DNA of 64,000 nt, taken from positions 32,001-96,000 of the IMG/VR virus record IMGVR_UViG_3300049259_000177, one strand, 5' to 3'. Within the stretch, counting starts at the first letter, position 1. Every line of letters starts with the position of its first letter. Made by a program: the position numbers and the translations under genes. The DNA comes from a virus. Positions 59,723-64,000 of this stretch are shown here, piece after piece. The notes beneath the pieces were generated by a model. The model had not been told where the DNA came from, ran no database searches, and saw nothing but the letters and a program-made list of their open reading frames with translations.

Positions 59723-62275
59723 TTAGTCGTCGTCCTTGCCCGCGCGGTGGTCGGACCAGCCCTCGGGCACCGGCGGCGGGACGTAGGAAGGTCGCTCGTG
59801 TTCACGAGCCATGTCGACGAAGCGGCTGTAGTGCCCTTGGAAGACGACCGGCACGGTACGGGTCGGGCCGTTGCGCTGCTTCGCGACGATCAGGTCGGCT
59901 TCGCCCGCGCGGGGTGACTCTTTGTCGTAGTAGTCCTCGCGGTGTAGCAGGATCACGACGTCCGCGTCCTGCTCCAAACTGCCCGACTCACGTAGGTCAC
60001 TCAACATTGGCCGCTTATCGCCGCGCGTCTCCGGATTGCGATTCAACTGTGACAGCGCCACCACCGGCACGTTCAGTTCCTTCGCGAGCAACTTGAGCGA
60101 GCGGGTTATCTCGCTGACCTCCTGCTGGCGGTTCTCGCTGCGTCGGCCGAGGGTCGTGAGTTGCACGTAGTCGATGACGACGAGGCGCAGGTCGATGCTC
60201 GCCTTGAGCCGTCGGCACTTGGTGCGCATCTCGATCGGCGTGGTCAGCGGGCTGTCGTCGATGTAGAGCGGAGACGACACGATCTCACCGAGCCTGCTCG
60301 CGAGCCGCGCCCAGTTCTCATCGCTCATCCGTCCGCCGCGAATGTTCTCCAACGGCACGCGGGCTTCCGCGCTGAACAACCGCATCACGATCTCGGTGCG
60401 GCCCATCTCCAACGAGAAGATGACCGACGCGCGCCCGTAGCGGATGGATGCCGAGCGCATGAAATCTAACGCAAGAGTTGAGTTGTGCGTGGGAATCATG
60501 CTTCGACTCGCGAGGTAGAGACCGTCGACGGCGGCCACCTGCACGCACCGGACGGGCACGCTCTCTACTGGCCGCACGTCAGTAATCATCCGGTGGGACA
60601 GACGGACAGCGGGTCGTCGACTCTGATGCGCCCGCCGTTTGCGTTCCAATCGGAATACATCTTCACCGGCTGCGAAAGTCAGCGTATGCGCCACGGACGA
60701 CTCCGGCGTGCGCCCCGGCACTTGCTTGCGAAACCACCCACACCGATAGCCGAGGCTCACAATCAACTCGTACACATCGGCCGCTAAGCGCACGCTCGTG
60801 GAGGTGAATTGCACCTGCCCGGAGGGCATCACTGTTCCGTCGGTGTCGAGCAGCCCCGCGAGCAGGGCGCGTCGCTGCCGCTCGGAGCCACGCAGATAGG
60901 CGCGGGGCACATGCTTGTCGCCCAGAACTCCGAGAGCACGCAGGCGTCCCTGGACGGGCCGGTGAGTACACGGCGGCATCGGCTGTCCCTGGCGTCGGCA
61001 TCGCGCCCATAACGTGTTGCACGGCTGGCAGTGCCCAGTTCGCGCATGGCCGCGTCCACACGTCGCTTCGGTCTTGGTCATCGCCACGGTCACGGCGTTC
61101 GGCTTAACGGCAGTGACGGCAGCCGGAATCCCGACGCGAGTGAACGCCTCTACGTAGTGAGGCGCGTCATCGCGATGGCAGGTGATCCGGCTGCCAGCGC
61201 TGTGCCCGTCGCCGAGCCACACGCCGAGCACGTACGGCGGCACTGGCACGTCAACGTCAGGCAGGTCTAGTGGTGCGGTTAGCCGCACGCTGTGGTTCCG
61301 GCGCCCGTCGGCGGTCGGACAGAGTACCGTCTCGGCGATCTGCCGAGTCGTGACAACGAGTGGAGCGGCTCCACGTCGCCGGACCGCGCGGGTCGCCGTC
61401 TCCCATTGATGTTCGGCGTCGGCTATGACCGTTGTGCCGTCGGAGAACACCACCTCATAGCAGGACCGACCAACCATCGTCTCGGTTGCGGCCACCACCC
61501 GGGTTGGGCATCCATCGGCGCCGAGTAGCCAGTCCCCGACGGCCACCTCGCCCATCGTGGACCAGCCGGTGGGGGTGGGCAGCGGCGTGTCTAATGCCAG
61601 GGCTTTGCCCAGACCTGGACGCCCAGCGACGATGACCAACTGGCCGGGATGCAGACCGTGGATCAACTCGTCGAGTTCGCTGAAACCGGTAGGAACACCG
61701 ATCGCACCGGCACCCTGTCCGCGTGCCTCGATCGCTTCGATCTCGTTCATCGACGACTCGATGACGTCTTCGAGCCGGACGATGTCCTGTGCATGGCTGC
61801 GTTGCGCGATGCTGAACAGTTCGCCCTGCGCGGCGGTGAGCAAGGCGTCGGCGTCCATGCCGGTGAAGTCGGCATCCGCCTGGTGGCCCATCTGCACAAT
61901 GCGGGTTCCGGCGGCGATCATGCGGCGAAGGACCGCTTTGTCGTGCACAATCTGCGCGTAGAACCTGCAATTTGCGGATGTCGGCACTGACGCGATGAGG
62001 GTGTGCAGGTAGGTCGCGGTGCCGATCTTCACCGTGACTTTCCGCTGATCACATTCGGCGAGCACGCTGATCGCGTCGACCGGCTGGCCGTTGCCGTACA
62101 TCTCGATCAGCACGCCGTAGAGCAGTTCGTGTGCGGGTCGATAGAAGTCGTTGGGGGTGAGCACGTCGACAGCGTCGGCGATCGCTTCCTGCGACAGCAT
62201 CATCGACCCGAGCACAGCCTGCTCAGCGTCGATCGCCTGCGGCGGCGTACGGCCGCCGCCGTCCTCCTGGCTCAC
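59723..62275 (-). CDS. dnaB: Replicative DNA helicase DnaB with intein
   Basis: PPQ..DAEQAVLG, GRPGLGK/ST, FSLEM, VIDYVQL, LSQLNR, DLRESGSLEQDAD, KQRNGP. Confidence 0.95.
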   Translation of the reverse strand: MSQEDGGGRTPPQAIDAEQAVLGSMMLSQEAIADAVDVLTPNDFYRPAHELLYGVLIEMYGNGQPVDAISVLAECDQRKVTVKIGTATYLHTLIASVPTSANCRFYAQIVHDKAVLRRMIAAGTRIVQMGHQADADFTGMDADALLTAAQGELFSIAQRSHAQDIVRLEDVIESSMNEIEAIEARGQGAGAIGVPTGFSELDELIHGLHPGQLVIVAGRPGLGKALALDTPLPTPTGWSTMGEVAVGDWLLGADGCPTRVVAATETMVGRSCYEVVFSDGTTVIADAEHQWETATRAVRRRGAAPLVVTTRQIAETVLCPTADGRRNHSVRLTAPLDLPDVDVPVPPYVLGVWLGDGHSAGSRITCHRDDAPHYVEAFTRVGIPAAVTAVKPNAVTVAMTKTEATCGRGHARTGHCQPCNTLWARCRRQGQPMPPCTHRPVQGRLRALGVLGDKHVPRAYLRGSERQRRALLAGLLDTDGTVMPSGQVQFTSTSVRLAADVYELIVSLGYRCGWFRKQVPGRTPESSVAHTLTFAAGEDVFRLERKRRAHQSRRPAVRLSHRMITDVRPVESVPVRCVQVAAVDGLYLASRSMIPTHNSTLALDFMRSASIRYGRASVIFSLEMGRTEIVMRLFSAEARVPLENIRGGRMSDENWARLASRLGEIVSSPLYIDDSPLTTPIEMRTKCRRLKASIDLRLVVIDYVQLTTLGRRSENRQQEVSEITRSLKLLAKELNVPVVALSQLNRNPETRGDKRPMLSDLRESGSLEQDADVVILLHREDYYDKESPRAGEADLIVAKQRNGPTRTVPVVFQGHYSRFVDMAREHERPSYVPPPVPEGWSDHRAGKDDD
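60482..61603 (-). mobile_element. Class 3 intein (374 aa) with LAGLIDADG endonuclease in the DnaB P-loop
   Basis: Ala1 (ALALDTPLPT); W-C-T triad (EHQW, VRCVQV, PTHN); +1 Ser; LGVWLGDG and LAGLLDTDG. Confidence 0.92.
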
Positions 62276-62340
62276 CGCTTCGCCCTTCGGTGACTGATGT
62301 GGAGCCTCACGTTATCGGCGGACGCCGACAGGTTGGCGCG

Positions 62341-62769
62341 TCAGAGATCGGCATCCGTAGCGGCGACGACGAGGGCGAGAACGTTCTCCATGTCGGGCAC
62401 GCCTTGTTCGAGCACGGCACGCGCGAGCACGGCATGGCTGACGGTCATGCTGTGCATATACCACTGCTCCGGCGTCGGGACGACCCGGACCTCGGGAACG
62501 TGTCCGATCGACGCACACACATCGGCGTAGGCGACCGAGTCATAGAACGGCTCGGTCCATTCGAGGCACTCATCGTGGTCGGCGTAGATGTCGAGCACGT
62601 CGGCAACGGCGGCGCCGTTGAGACCGCTGCCGGGAGGCGCGGTGAGCCCGAGGAAGCGCGCTTTGTCCTCCTCGGTCATCGCGGCTTCGACGGCAAGCGC
62701 GCTGCGAGTCATGGCGCGCTGGCGCCCGGCCTCGGCCTGCTCGATGGTCAGTTCGTCTTCGTTGGTCAT
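62341..62769 (-). CDS. Hypothetical protein
   Basis: ATGA overlap with the upstream HTH gene. Confidence 0.6.
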   Translation of the reverse strand: MTNEDELTIEQAEAGRQRAMTRSALAVEAAMTEEDKARFLGLTAPPGSGLNGAAVADVLDIYADHDECLEWTEPFYDSVAYADVCASIGHVPEVRVVPTPEQWYMHSMTVSHAVLARAVLEQGVPDMENVLALVVAATDADL

Positions 62770-63224
62770 CGTCGTCCTTGTCTCAACTGCGCAACGCGGG
62801 CGGTGGTAAGCCCGGTGCACTTGGCTACTTCGGAGTTGCGGTACGCACCGCCGCCGGGCTTGCGGTAGCGGCCGTTCAGCATGCCGGTGGCGGCTTCGTC
62901 GCGGACCTCACGGGCCTCGTTGGCGAGCGTCTCGTTGCGGGCGACGGTGGCCGCCGCGCGGCTCATGACCTGTTCGGCATTCGAGATCTTGCCGATCCGG
63001 CCGACGCGCTCGGCGATGTCTACGAACGCGCTACGACTGACGCCGATCGCGCGGTAGACGTCGACTGGCCCCCAGTTGTAGTGGCGATGCAAGGACATGG
63101 CGGCGGCGTCACGCTCCTGGCGTGCCTCGTCGGCCCGGGCTCGGGCCGCACGGATGATCTTCGCGGCCTGGGTCGCGCGCTTGCCTGGGTCCTTGATGGC
63201 GCGGACAGACTCGATCGTTGGCAT
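62766..63224 (-). CDS. Tandem helix-turn-helix DNA-binding protein
   Basis: PVDVYRAIGVSRSAF and NSEVAKCTGLTTARVAQL. Confidence 0.7.
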   Translation of the reverse strand: MPTIESVRAIKDPGKRATQAAKIIRAARARADEARQERDAAAMSLHRHYNWGPVDVYRAIGVSRSAFVDIAERVGRIGKISNAEQVMSRAAATVARNETLANEAREVRDEAATGMLNGRYRKPGGGAYRNSEVAKCTGLTTARVAQLRQGRR

Positions 63225-63261
63225 GGTCGGTCCCTGACGGTGCTGATGGGGAAGGTGATGA

Positions 63262-63341
63262 CGGTCTCCTCTTGGCCGGGTCGCTCAACCGGACGTTACG
63301 GACGGTACCCGCTTAGCGACTGTCATGCAACCCGCTTAGCG
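63262..63341 (-). promoter_or_regulatory. Island promoter cassette with two operator copies (TTGCAT-N17-TACCGT)
   Basis: CGCTAAGCGGG at 63308-63318 and 63331-63341; GAGCGA leader hairpin. Confidence 0.75.
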
Positions 63342-63342
63342 A

Positions 63343-64000
63343 TCACCACCTGGCCGGGGTGGCGGCGTAGGTCATCTGGCGGCCAACGCGACGGCCCTTG
63401 GCGATCTCGTCAAGACGCCGGGCGACCGCGAGGGCATAGGCACGAGGCTTGCGACCGGCAGGTCCGTAGTTCCCGGCGACCACGGCGGCGCGAACGGTGG
63501 CGGCGGCTTTGGCGAGCCGCTTCTCGTCGAGCCACGGCGCCTTGTCGCCGATCTTCGCGGACGACAGCACCCGGGCGGCATCGAGCGCCCGGCGTCGATG
63601 GCGCGAGCCCACCGGGCCGAAGTACGGCTCGACCGGGCGGTGGTCGACGACGAGCCAGCGAATCGTCCGGGCCGCATCACGACGGGCGTGCTCGCCGGGC
63701 CCTGCCTGCGCGCGTGCACGGGCGCGGTCCCGGCGTTCGGAGGAGGAGAGGACCGGATGGCCACCAGCGGCCGGTAGGACGCGGCTGGGGGCCACCTTGA
63801 CCCTGTGTTCACGGTACGCGGCACGTAACCACCGGGCGGCCTGCGCGCCCATCCGGTAGCGGACGAGGAACAGGAAGACGGCAGCAAACTCGGGGCCGTG
63901 CGGCGCGCAGTACCGGCCACCGTCACAGGTCGCGGTGAGGTTATGTGCAACCTCGTGCAAGATCACCCGCTCGTTGCGGGCCCACGGCGGTAGTGCAATC
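63343..64000 (-). CDS. Zincin metallopeptidase-like protein (5' end outside window)
   Basis: ILHEVAH...HGPEF. Confidence 0.7.
   Translation of the reverse strand, partial: IALPPWARNERVILHEVAHNLTATCDGGRYCAPHGPEFAAVFLFLVRYRMGAQAARWLRAAYREHRVKVAPSRVLPAAGGHPVLSSSERRDRARARAQAGPGEHARRDAARTIRWLVVDHRPVEPYFGPVGSRHRRRALDAARVLSSAKIGDKAPWLDEKRLAKAAATVRAAVVAGNYGPAGRKPRAYALAVARRLDEIAKGRRVGRQMTYAATPARW

Noticed and set aside
1-64000. Many long antisense or alternate-frame ORFs (e.g. 1083..2138, 9945..11720, 19242..20975, 34234..36192)
   Set aside because: Shadow ORFs of high-GC DNA overlapping well-supported genes, with Arg/Pro-rich or mirror composition.
1-64000. tRNA/rRNA genes, integrase, att sites
   Set aside because: None recognised by eye; lifestyle cannot be assigned from this window.

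Overview
A ~64 kb segment of a large, high-GC (actinobacterial-type) tailed dsDNA phage with siphovirus-like architecture. Most of the minus strand is the virion module: terminase, portal, a giant MuF polyvalent protein, intein-containing prohead protease, HK97-fold capsid, head-tail genes, major tail protein, frameshifted tail chaperones, tape measure with transglycosylase, Dit, tail tip, lysis-type membrane genes and fibre genes. DnaB (with a class 3 intein), a Bet/RecT annealase, a DEDDh exonuclease and an HNH are also present. Small non-structural gene islands are interspersed, each headed by a near-identical promoter/operator/leader-hairpin cassette (core CGCTAAGCGGG), and a second motif (TCGACGCGACACTAA) precedes virion genes. 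The standout is at 42.2-45.8 kb. A stand-alone RAMP/Cas7-like gene (42241-42894) lies directly downstream of a non-coding ~315 bp array of seven units separated by CCGAC. Each unit has strict 5-nt periodicity: a near-constant CCC-like triplet alternating with a variable dinucleotide. Upstream are an accessory gene with one internal stop and an SF1 helicase broken by a truncated intein. This looks like a non-CRISPR, putatively RNA-guided phage system. All family assignments come from motif recognition by eye; no database searches were run.
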